From: Octopus bimaculoides
Taxonomy: Eukaryota
Direction: 5' to 3'
NCBI RefSeq assembly: GCF_001194135.2
Contig: NC_069006.1
Location: 26,162,754 to 26,203,561 of the forward strand
Length of the DNA stretch: 40,808 bases
Part shown: in pieces, positions 1 to 9,129 of the stretch
Layout of the letters: each line of letters opens with the position of its first letter
How positions within the stretch are numbered: the first letter of the stretch is position 1
Notes under the pieces: model-generated
What the model saw: only the letters and a program-made list of their open reading frames with translations
The model's database searches: none
Told to the model about the DNA's origin: nothing
Position numbers and translations under genes: made by a program

Positions 1-150
1 CACAGGCCTTTCCTAAGACTGTCTGGTACCAACTTATACAACACAGGCCTTTCCTAAGACTGTCTGGTACCAACTTATACAACACAGGCCTTTCCTAAGA
101 CTGTCTGGTACCAACTTATACAACACAGGCCTTTCCTAAGACTGTCTGGT
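1..150. repeat. 41-bp tandem repeat (3 full identical copies plus 27 bp; may extend beyond the window edge)
   Basis: Unit CACAGGCCTTTCCTAAGACTGTCTGGTACCAACTTATACAA starts at 1, 42 and 83, with a partial copy at 124-150. There are no spacers. Confidence 0.95.
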
Positions 151-530
151 GTGGTTTGAAGGAAGATTTCCTTGCCATTTCCTCGGATGATTGGTCTCCA
201 GGCTTCTCTCTAGCTTTGACTGTTAGGTAGGTTACCTTCACTGTGGCTTTAGAAACCTCACACACACACACACTCTCTCTCTTTCCCTCACACATACAAC
301 ATACAGGGTGACCAGAAGAAAATTTAGACATGACACAGTGTGTGGGTGTGTGTGTGTGTGCGTTTGAACATATCGAAATGAATAGCAAGCAACTCTCTTT
401 AATGACATCTTATCTTTAAAACTTGTTTCTTTTTTATACATTTTCATGTTCTGTGTTTTTTTTTTCTATTTTATTAATTCCACCATTAAAATTATATCCT
501 TTATCATCAACATCATCATCATCATCATTA

Positions 531-673
531 TAAGCTGGCAGAACTGTTAACATGCTGGGCAAAATGCTTGAAGTATCAGTGAAACACTGGGGTCAATGTA
601 GTCAACTAATCCCCTCCCCATAAATTTTAAGCCTTGTACCTATTGTAGAAAGGATTATTATTATTATTATTAT
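531..673 (+). mobile_element. SINE family A (tRNA-like head), internally deleted, (ATT)n tail
   Basis: AGCTGGCAGAACTGTTAACATGCTGGGCAAAATGCTT head and CCCCTCCCC..AAATTTT..GCCTTGTACC..GAAAGGATTATTATT tail match the copies at 5832-6030, 20817-20959 and 24950-25124. Confidence 0.7.
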
Positions 674-2020
674 TTTTTTTTTTTCTGGAACCTCAATCAA
701 TTTCACAACTTGTTAAAAACTGTTCCATCGAATTATTTCTCTCTGTTCATTCATTTATCACAAAACTAGTTTCTCTTCTTTGAAGCCAACTCGAATCTCA
801 TCTTCTTTTCCAGTACATTCTAAACATTTTGAGCTTTTTCAATCCTTTCTCTGAGTGAGTGGCCCAAAAACTGCATTTTGTAAATGGAATTTTGAGCTTC
901 TTGGATATCCATTCTCTGTCTTGGTGCATTTTGTTTTGAAGATAAGGGTTTCTGTTGTTTCTGGCATGGCTGAAGCTGCAATGCTTAGATGTTTGTTAAT
1001 GATATCTTTCACATAATGTCAATGGACAAACCCTTTTTATGTTTGTTTGACCTGATTGAAATAACAGTCATGTTTACTTCAAATCATGCACAGTTATCTG
1101 AAAGACTGGATGGACACAAGTCCTCTCAGAGAAATATAACTCAATGGAACAAGACAGCTTTGGGGGCCCAGGGAGTTACTTACAGGAGTTGTAAGGGAGC
1201 TTAGCAGGGAGTCACAGGCACCTCTGCTGAACCTGAGCCAATAAACTAGCTGAATCTAACCCCTTAAAGGTCCTGTTGTCAGGGCTGACCTAATGCTAGA
1301 CAACATAATTAGTTGAATGGTGAATGTGTGGCTCTCATACAGAATTGCTATTGGAATTCTCTGACTAGTTTGATGTCTGGGGCAGGTAGTAGTTTGGTGG
1401 GATAACCTCAAACACTGAATAAAAAGACCCTGGTTGTTCCACACAGACACCCTCTTTAGTAGCTTGGTGGCACACTAAGATGCACCCTTGCCCGAGCTGT
1501 TAACTGATTGATGATGAAAAGCACAGCCAGCTGCGAAACCTCTACTTAAAACACAACAGAGGAGTTTGATTTTTTTCTGTTGTTGTGAGACCCATCGAAA
1601 CCCTGACAGCATGGGAAAACATCTCAATGACAATAAGGATTTTATGTACATACACACACAAATGTATGTATATCTTTCACTGTTCTAAATCAATGAAGGG
1701 TGTAATCTTTGAAAACAATTATACATTTCAAATGATATCTTTTGCAGTGATTGCTCTGCCCCAAGATACAGGCACTTCCTTATCACTCTCACCATCTGAA
1801 ACACAATGACCCAGTAATTAGCCTCTGGGAATAACATAATCACTGACTTCATCATCATCATCATCATTGTCATTTTCTTCTTTCTTTTCTTGCATGATAT
1901 TGTTGTTTGATGGTTTGGAATTCCTAGTTTTCTGAAAGCCCCATTGAACAGCTTCATGTCCATCTTGCTTGTTGATTTATATAAAACCCCTTTCACACTC
2001 CTCGTTTCTTTTCATTGCAG

Positions 2021-2138
2021 GTTACGGCACAACAGCTCACAATTGTCCCCCTCAAACTCTGAAAGTAGTTTTAACAGTATGGAAGAATACACAGTACAAC
2101 AGACCAGCCAAGACCACGAAGACAGCGACACAGGCCTG
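2021..2138 (+). CDS. rap1gap: Rap1 GTPase-activating protein, internal coding exon (first of 4 visible; gene is 5'-partial)
   Basis: Acceptor tttcttttcattgcAG at 2019-2020 and donor GTTAGT at 2139. Starts in phase 2 and encodes (R)LRHNSSQLSPSNSESSFNSMEEYTVQQTSQDHEDSDTGL. Spliced to the next exon it gives SSFNSMEE..EDSDTGLESMSSVGTP, which matches from memory the human RAP1GAP motif SSFASVVEE..EDTGLESVSSSGTP. Confidence 0.85.
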
Positions 2139-2275
2139 GTTAGTATATTCTCTCTCCACACCCTCCTTCAGCCATGCTGTGGCTCCATCTTTGGACAGTA
2201 CTGGTCATTTACTCCAACATTACACAGCCTTTAAACAGAAAATATTTCATCAACTAAAAATTCACTTTCACTATA

Positions 2276-2400
2276 ATCGTCACCATTTAACGTCCACTTT
2301 CCATGGGTTGGACGGTTTGACAGGAGTTGACAAGCCAGAGGCCTGCACCATGCTCCAATGCCTGCTTTCGTACAATTTCTATGGCTGGATGCCTTTACCA
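2276..2400 (-). mobile_element. RTE-type 3' tail fragment
   Basis: CATTTAACGTCCACTTTCCATGGGTTGGACGG is the reverse complement of the RTE terminus at 13740-13793 and matches 9140-9185. Confidence 0.7.
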
Positions 2401-2456
2401 ATGCTTAATACCATTCTTAGTCTGGTATTTTATCTTATGAAACCAATAAAGTTTTA

Positions 2457-2652
2457 TTAACCATTTCGCATTCTGATTACTCTGTCAAATGTAATGCTTA
2501 TCTATTCACATTGTTTTCTATTAATCCTGGATTATCTCATAGCTTCAAGACTTAAATTGATGTGGTAGTTTACTTTTAGAATGACATAGTTGAACGTAAA
2601 GTAGGTAGAATATTTGGGCTGGACACGGTCAGTTTAAATGCTAAAGGGTCAA
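2457..2652. mobile_element. piggyBac-type (TTAA) MITE, internally deleted
   Basis: Left end TTAACCATTTCGCATT and right end AATGCTAAAGGGTCAA form an imperfect ~16-bp TIR with TTAA-like termini. A related copy starts at 38995 (TTAACCCTTTAGCATT). Confidence 0.7.
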
Positions 2653-2718
2653 ACAATGAAGGAAGTCCATGATTTGTTTTTGAATAATGTTAAAGAGCTA
2701 AATACTTTTTCTTTGCAG

Positions 2719-2821
2719 GAAAGTATGTCTTCTGTTGGCACCCCCTACACTACTATGAAGAATTCCTTGTCAAACAGTTTCAGTGAAGATGGAGCCAGTG
2801 TGTCAATTCCAGAGTCAGAAG
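2719..2821 (+). CDS. rap1gap: Rap1GAP coding exon 2 of 4 visible
   Basis: Acceptor tttttctttgcAG at 2717-2718. The phase-0 start matches the previous exon. Encodes ESMSSVGTPYTTMKNSLSNSFSEDGASVSIPESE plus one base (G). Donor GTATAA at 2822 (phase 1). Confidence 0.88.
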
Positions 2822-2889
2822 GTATAATATTTCCTTCCTTTTATTCATTTTACGTGAGGAAACTTAAAACATTTCTTTATCACATTGAC

Positions 2890-3260
2890 ATTATGATTTT
2901 ATCCCACACATTCCCCTCCCCTCACATTCACACACTTAATGCAGAGGTCCTTCAGTTTTTCTAGGCCCTGTAAAAGAACTCGAAAGGTTGGACCTCTAAC
3001 CAGACCTTTCAGAATACCCTTAAAGCCAGGAAATTATCAGCAGCCCCTCATATAAAGGGTTGCTGAAAAGTTCCTGGTTTTGGGTTAAAGAATATACAAG
3101 AGGATCAGTTAATTATGATTTTATTCAACATATTCCCATCTCACTTATTGCAATGGTCCTTCAATTTTTCTAAGCCCTAAAAAAAACTTGGAAAGTTGGG
3201 CCTCCAACCAGGCCTTGTGCAATACCCTTAAAGCTAGGGGCTTTTCAGCACCCCCTTGTG
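2890..3260. mobile_element. Two tandem mariner-type MITE copies (left copy 5'-truncated, ~2890-3052; right copy ~3051-3260)
   Basis: TIR motif GGG(G/T)TGCTGAAAAGTTCCTGG..TT at 3057-3080. Its complement AAAGCCAGGAA.TT.TCAGCA.CCCCT occurs at ~3022-3049 and ~3230-3257. Internal sequence is shared between the copies and with 37111-37248. Confidence 0.75.
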
Positions 3261-3333
3261 TGTATAAATATGCCTTCAGTGAAGCTTATGGCATTGTGAG
3301 ATGTTGATTAGTCTCCCTTGCAACAATGTTCCA

Positions 3334-3453
3334 GTGACTGATGTAGCAGTCTAAAAGTGACGCTTTAGACACGAACAATTACAGAGGTATCAAGTTATTG
3401 GACCACTGAGAGGGTCATAGCCCAACTAATTAGGGAGAGAGTCAGTTTAGATG
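3334..3453 (+). mobile_element. RTE ORF2 fragment (pre-RT region)
   Basis: Encodes ..DALDTNNYRGIKLLD.. and aligns by eye with 10365-10550 of the larger RTE copy, with small deletions. Confidence 0.8.
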
Positions 3454-3593
3454 CCCAGTCTCTCGGCTATCCGACGACATGATATTCGGCGATCTTGAAT
3501 TATCATACCAAGAGCAAGGTCAAGGTTGTCCTTGGTGATTGCAGTTGGAGGTCTCCCTGGTCTTGGATCATCTTCCACACTTTCCCTGCCACG
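3450..3593 (-). mobile_element. Mariner/Tc1 transposase fragment (N-terminal HTH region)
   Basis: Minus-strand translation RGRESVEDDPRPGRPPTAITKDNLDLALGMIIQDRRISCRRIAERLGI contains the mariner D.PRSGRP AT-hook linker and the D.R.T.R.IA..LGI second-HTH pattern. Confidence 0.85.
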
Positions 3594-4095
3594 TATGTAT
3601 GTATATGTGCATGTTTATGTATGTATGTGTCTGTATGTATATATATGTATATATATATATATAAAGACATATATATATATATNNNNNNNNNNNNNNNNNN
3701 NNNNNNNNNNNNNNNNNNNNNNNNNNNNNNNNNNNNNNNNNNNNNNNNNNNNNNNNNNNNNNNNNNNNNNNNNNNNNNNNNNGACCGCAGCCACTTGGCT
3801 GAAACACATAAATAAATAAATAAATGAATATAAATACATATATAAATAACAAAATTATTACATATGTACATATAAATAAAAACTAAATAAATGTATATAT
3901 ATATAAATAAACATATATATAAATTATTACATATATATAAATAAGATGAATAAATAAAGAAAGAAATATATAAATCTATAAATACATAAAAAAAATTATT
4001 ACATATATACATATGTATAAATAAATAAATATATATAAATTAATAAACATACAAATAAATATAAATAAATAAATATATATATATCTAAATTAATA
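3594..4095. repeat. TA/ATAA low-complexity tract containing a 100-N gap (3683-3782)
   Basis: (TA)n, (TATG)n and (ATAA)n runs. Confidence 0.9.
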
Positions 4096-4100
4096 AACGT

Positions 4101-4324
4101 TTACTCTTTTACTTGTTTCAGTCTTTTGACTGTTGCCATGCTGGAGCACCGCCTTTTAGTCGAGCAAATCGACCCCAGGACTTATTCTTTAGAAGCCTAG
4201 TACTTATTCTATCGATATCTTTTGCCGAACCGCTAAGTTACGAGGACATAAACACACCAGCATCGGTTCTCAAGCGATGTTNNNNNNNNNNNNNNNNNGG
4301 GGGGGGACAAATACACACACCTAC

Positions 4325-4359
<35 letters not shown>

Positions 4360-4463
4360 CATATATACGACGGGCTTCGTTCAGTTTCCGTCTACCAAAT
4401 CCACTCACAAGGTTTTGGTCGGCCCGAGGCTATAGTAGAAGACACTTACCCAAGATGCCACGC
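4101..4463 (-). mobile_element. SINE family B, young copy lacking its tRNA head
   Basis: Reverse complement of the family at 12841-13183 (GGTGCTCCAGCATGG..CAGTC....GACTGAAACAAGTAAAAG tail; GATTTGGTAGACGGAAACTGAA core). CpGs are retained. Contains the small gap 4282-4298. Confidence 0.9.
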
Positions 4464-4811
4464 ATATATATAAATAAATAGATATATATATATAATTAAA
4501 TAAATAGATATTTATATATAATTAAATAAATATATATATATATAAATAAATTAATATATATATAAATAAATAAATATATATATATAAAGTCATAAGAGTG
4601 GTACAACAAGGTACCGATATTTACTGGACAATAGCAATCGATATAAATACGACGCCATTTTTCATGTATAAATAAATATAAATAAAGACAGAAAGTCACT
4701 GTGGTGCTCCAGCATGACCACAGCCACTTGGCTGAAACCCATAAAGAAATAGATATATATACATACATATATATATGTAGATATACATATATATATACAC
4801 ATATACAGGAA

Positions 4812-4950
4812 GAATTTATCAAAAAAAACAACAGACAAAGACAGGTGGTGTAGACAACAAATAGTTGTATTGGTCTAACACTTGGGAATTGAAAAAGTGC
4901 TGAACGTTTCGAGCCTCTATGCTCTTCCACAGAAAGAAACAAGGAGAGAT
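4812..4950 (-). mobile_element. Dispersed repeat with a hammerhead-like motif (Penelope-like-element-associated type)
   Basis: The reverse complement reads TCTTTCTGTGGAAGAGCATAGAGGCTCGAAACGTTCAG. It is homologous over ~120 bp to the + copy at 6293-6418. Confidence 0.65.
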
Positions 4951-5264
4951 ACACACATATATATACAGTGGGAGGAAATAGATATTCATAGATGTCATAA
5001 TTTATTAGTTTCGTTTGCATATTCTCAGTTCATGCATGTGTATGTAAATCTAGGAATGGTATATCGCATTTATGTTCATTAGAAATTAAAGAAATAAAGA
5101 ATTTTGACATGTACGAATATTTATTCCCCACCCCCACTGCATATATCCACATACATACACATGTGTGTGGACCATTACTGTTATGCACCTATTTGGGGTT
5201 TTTTTTTTATCTGTACAAGTGTATCAGAGACTCCATCACTTTTACATTCTCTTTCTTCTTTCAG

Positions 5265-5332
5265 TGGAATCACTTAAAGTCGAAATCCAGAAATTGAAAC
5301 GAGAGAAGAGCGAACTGCAGTCACAGAGTCAA
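5265..5332 (+). CDS. rap1gap: Rap1GAP coding exon 3 of 4 visible (start of coiled coil)
   Basis: Strong acceptor ttctctttcttctttcAG at 5263-5264. The phase-1 start completes GTG (Val). Encodes VESLKVEIQKLKREKSELQSQSQ. Perfect donor GTAAGT at 5333 (phase 0). Confidence 0.9.
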
Positions 5333-5522
5333 GTAAGTTTATCATTTGTTGTTTGAAATCTGATCAAACAGATTCATTATGACATTCCAACCATGACACA
5401 CCCTTCATCATTTTAGAAATAGTTAAGACTATCTGATGTGATATTTTCATATTTAAGAAAGTAGAATGATTCCAAAGAGCTATGGTGGTTATTTCTAGCA
5501 TCTCCTACATTCCCTCTGTTCT

Positions 5523-5765
5523 AGGATTGATGTAATCCAATCCAATGGCCTTCACCCCCAAAATTTCAGGATTTGTGCCTCTAAAAGAAAAGAATATTAT
5601 TATTATTATTATTATATTGGGGCAGTGAACTGTCAGACTGGGCAAAATGCTGAGCTGCAGTCCATTCATCTTTATGAGTTCAAATCCTGCAGGAGTCAAT
5701 ATTATTGACTTACCCCTCCTCCCAAATTTCAGGCACCATGTCTGAGTAAGTCTAAAGTTGAAACA

Positions 5766-5833
<68 letters not shown>

Positions 5834-6030
5834 GGCTGCAAGCTGGCAGAGTTGTTAGCACGTCTGGCAAAATGCTTAGCAGCATTTCATCCATCCTTAC
5901 ATTTTGAGTTCAAATTCCGCCAAGGGCAACTTTACCTTTCATCTTTTTGGGATCGATAAACTAAGTACCAGGGTGGATGCAATCAACCAGTCCCTTCCCC
6001 CAAAAATTCAGGCTTTGTGCCTTTAGTGGA
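5523..6030 (+). mobile_element. Three head-to-tail SINE family A copies or fragments separated by (TTA)n tails
   Basis: Tail fragment 5523-5614, degenerate copy 5619-5765, (TTA)~22 at 5767-5832, near-complete copy 5832-6030 (AAGGC..GCTGGCAGAG..TTAGCACG..GGCAAAATGCTTAGC..GAGTTCAAATTCCGCC). Confidence 0.8.
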
Positions 6031-6292
6031 ATTGTGAAGTATATTTGCCAGCTAAATGGGGCTGATCCATAGGGGATGATGCTACTTCACGATGTCGCGC
6101 TGCTACAGTTTACATCTCGCTTAGAGATTGCTTGTTTCTCCTTTTTCAAGATAAGCGACTTTTTGTCATTGGGAAAAGCATTTTGCGTTTGAAATCACTC
6201 CTTATCCTTAGTTGGGGATTGCCGCATGCTGATGACGGATTAATACCCAGAAACCCAGGTTTGTGTGTCTAGCCACTAAACCTTTTTCTATT

Positions 6293-6418
6293 TTCTCTCC
6301 CTGTTTATTTCTGTGGAAGAGCGTAGGCTCAAAACATAGAAGACTTTCTCACTTCCCAAGCGTTAAACTAATACATCTGTTTGTTGTTTACACACCCGTG
6401 TTTGTCTTTTGTAAATTT
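6293..6418 (+). mobile_element. Dispersed repeat with a hammerhead-like motif (same family as 4812-4950)
   Basis: TTTCTGTGGAAGAGCGTAGGCTCAAAACATAGAAGAC, followed by the shared downstream sequence CTTCCCAAG.GTTA.AC.AATACA.CT.TTTGTTGT.TACAC. Confidence 0.65.
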
Positions 6419-6446
6419 GCACTAGAGATGGGAACCATGATATATT

Positions 6447-6526
<80 letters not shown>

Positions 6527-6759
6527 CACTATGTGTGTATGAGAGTGTGTGCACATGGGAGGGGAGAATTCTTCTTTACAAAAAAAAAAGTGTACTTACC
6601 TGCAGAGAGTCCTTACACTTCCAGGTCTGCTACGTGGATACCACTCGGTCTCTCACCAAATACATAATAAAAATAAAGGTACACATACCTGTTTGTAGCG
6701 TTAATGAAGTTTGCTCCAGCCAGTCTCTTCACTGACCAGTCTCTTTTCTCTCGTTCCAG

Positions 6760-6876
6760 GCTCACCTTAGAGAAAACCGACAACTCAAAGACCATGAGAA
6801 GAAATTACTGAACGAAATCTCAGCACTAAAACAAAAATGTCCCATTATCGATTCAAGTACTGAGGCTACTGTTTGA
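6760..6876 (+). CDS. rap1gap: Rap1GAP terminal coding exon
   Basis: Branch-like CTGAC at ~6732 and acceptor ctcttttctctcgttccAG at 6758-6759, phase 0. Encodes AHLRENRQLKDHEKKLLNEISALKQKCPIIDSSTEATV with TGA at 6874-6876, continuing the heptad pattern of the previous exon. Confidence 0.88.
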   Translation, partial: AHLRENRQLKDHEKKLLNEISALKQKCPIIDSSTEATV

Positions 6877-8808
6877 ATGAAACTTTTTCCCCCTTTAGAG
6901 TCTCTCTCTTTCGCTTCCTCTCTAAATTCTCTCCCCACTCACTGCTCTCTCTCTCTCTCTCTCCTCTCTGTGCAATACATTACCACTGGAACCACAATCA
7001 CTCCACCTGACTCTTTCTCTTTCACCACAGCTGTTTATTTTGTTGTTGTAATAATTCAACAACACTTTATTTCTAACGAACAACATCTTCATCACCACAA
7101 CATCAAACTCACTTCAATTATTGTAGTTTTGTGGGGTTTTAATCAGAGATTTCTTCTTTACAAAAGAAAAGAAAATGTACATACCTGCAGAGACACTTAT
7201 GGGTCTGCTATGGGCATACTTTTCCAAATATATGATTTGGGTATATATAATAAAAAAAAAGGGCCATGTCTCTCTCTCTCTCTCTCTCTCTCTAAGAGAT
7301 TTATAATGAAATTTTAACATTTATTTAAGTGTAATACTGAGTGGGGGGGGTGGTGCAGGGAGAAATCATTTTCAGTTTTCTTCCCCCAACAAAGACGTTC
7401 CTAGTTTCTGTAAANNNNNNNNNNNNNNNNNNNNNNNNNNNNNNNNNNNNNNNNNNNNNNNNNNNNNNNNNNNNNNNNNNNNNNNNNNNNNNNNNNNNNN
7501 NNNNNNNNNNNNNNNNNNNNNNNNNNNNNNNNNNNNNNNNNNNNNNNNNNNNNNNNNNNNNNNNNNNNNNNNNNNNNNNNNNNNNNNNNNNNNNNNNNNN
7601 NNNNNNNNNNNNNNNNNNNNNNNNNNNNNNNNNNNNNNNNNNNNNNNNNNNNNNNNNNNNNNNNNNNNNNNNNNNNNNNNNNNNNNNNNNNNNNNNNNNN
7701 NNNNNNNNNNNNNNNNNNNNNNNNNNNNNNNNNNNNNNNNNNNNNNNNNNNNNNNNNNNNNNNNNNNNNNNNNNNNNNNNNNNNNNNNNNNNNNNNNNNN
7801 NNNNNNNNNNNNNNNNNNNNNNNNNNNNNNNNNNNNNNNNNNNNNNNNNNNNNNNNNNNNNNNNNNNNNNNNNNNNNNNNNNNNNNNNNNNNNNNNNNNN
7901 NNNNNNNNNNNNNNNNNNNNNNNNNNNNNNNNNNNNNNNNNNNNNNNNNNNNNNNNNNNNNNNNNNNNNNNNNNNNNNNNNNNNNNNNNNNNNNNNNNNN
8001 NNNNNNNNNNNNNNNNNNNNNNNNNNNNNNNNNNNNNNNNNNNNNNNNNNNNNNNNNNNNNNNNNNNNNNNNNNNNNNNNNNNNNNNNNNNNNNNNNNNN
8101 NNNNNNNNNNNNNNNNNNNNNNNNNNNNNNNNNNNNNNNNNNNNNNNNNNNNNNNNNNNNNNNNNNNNNNNNNNNNNNNNNNNNNNNNNNNNNNNNNNNN
8201 NNNNNNNNNNNNNNNNNNNNNNNNNNNNNNNNNNNNNNNNNNNNNNNNNNNNNNNNNNNNNNNNNNNNNNNNNNNNNNNNNNAGCAATGAGCAGGTGTTG
8301 CACTCACAAATGCAACTCGTTAAACAAGGTTAATTAAACAGAAAAGACATAGCAAAACCAGCCACATTGATTCTATTTTATAATGGCTGATCTTAGTTCC
8401 ATTCTCTTTCCTCCAGATTAAACAATATTTTTCTATATTCCATTCTTGATACAAGACCATAGTTATAATTCCTTATCAAATAGTCTTCCCCCACTCACCA
8501 TTCTTTAACAGGGGTGCATTTGGGGGGGGGATATTCTCACATGTAATCTTTCAACACATCCAACCCATTTTGCCCTTTTTTTTTTCATTCTGAATATGGA
8601 ATATTTTTTCAAACAATTCTCTTCTCCATCAACTCTTAAGATAGAATAAGACAAATCTTTTTTCTAAAATAATAATCACAAAATCCAAATTTTTAATCAG
8701 AGAAAGGACAAAAACTAAAAAAATAACCAAAACAAATGTAATAAAATAATGAAATTTTCAGGTAAATTATTCTTCTTGCTATTTTGTCTGTCCATCTGTA
8801 TATATGTG

Positions 8809-8814
8809 AATAAA
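8809..8814 (+). promoter_or_regulatory. Candidate polyadenylation signal for the Rap1GAP 3' UTR
   Basis: AATAAA is followed ~20 nt later by CA dinucleotides and a T-rich tract, just before repeat-dense DNA resumes. Alternative AATAAA sites lie at 7249 and 8740. The 868-N gap (7415-8282) lies within the putative UTR. Confidence 0.35.
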
Positions 8815-8929
8815 TCTTTAACTCAAACACATTCCACAGTTCTTCATGTTTTTATTCCTTTTATCTTTTGCCTTTTTCCACCACTCATTCAGTTTGTGTT
8901 ATAAGAGCAGGCATGTCTAGATGCAAGGA

Positions 8930-8998
8930 AGGCTTGCTTCCCAACCACATGGTTCTGGGTTCAGTCCCACTGTGTGGCATCTTGGACAAATATCTTCA
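8930..8998 (+). mobile_element. SINE family B head fragment
   Basis: GCTTGCTTCCCAACCACATGGTTCTGGGTTCAGTCCCACTGTGTGGCATCTTGGACAAAT; box-B-like GGTTCAGTCCC. Confidence 0.8.
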
Positions 8999-9129
8999 AG
9001 TATATCTTTGCATTATATTGTAGAATACACATTTCATATATTATACATAATGTGTATAATAATATAATATGCATGTATATGTATATATACAATATGCATA
9101 TAATATATACATCTGCAATGCAAATGATC

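Noticed and set aside
1-150. CRISPR-like direct repeats
   Set aside because: The units are contiguous with no unique spacers, the context is eukaryotic, and there are no cas genes. It is a simple minisatellite.
150-226. Possible upstream Rap1GAP exon ending in phase 2 at TTAG|GTAGGT (227)
   Set aside because: The phase would fit, but there is no convincing acceptor and the peptide (KEDFLAISSDDWSPG..) has no recognisable Rap1GAP similarity. The DNA resembles the degenerate GATT..GCT..ATTTCTAGCA repeat seen near 14700, 22090 and 38130.
700-1560. High-complexity intronic block that might be an ancient coding element
   Set aside because: The frames I translated by eye contain stops, and I recognised no protein motif. 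I could not classify it.
1747-1809. Acceptor-like TTTTGCAG followed by a short open frame
   Set aside because: All frames stop within ~60 nt and no donor follows.
7325-8333. 300-330 aa ORFs in the track (also 39873-40661, 21378-21970, 24403-24666)
   Set aside because: These are artefacts of translating through N-gaps.
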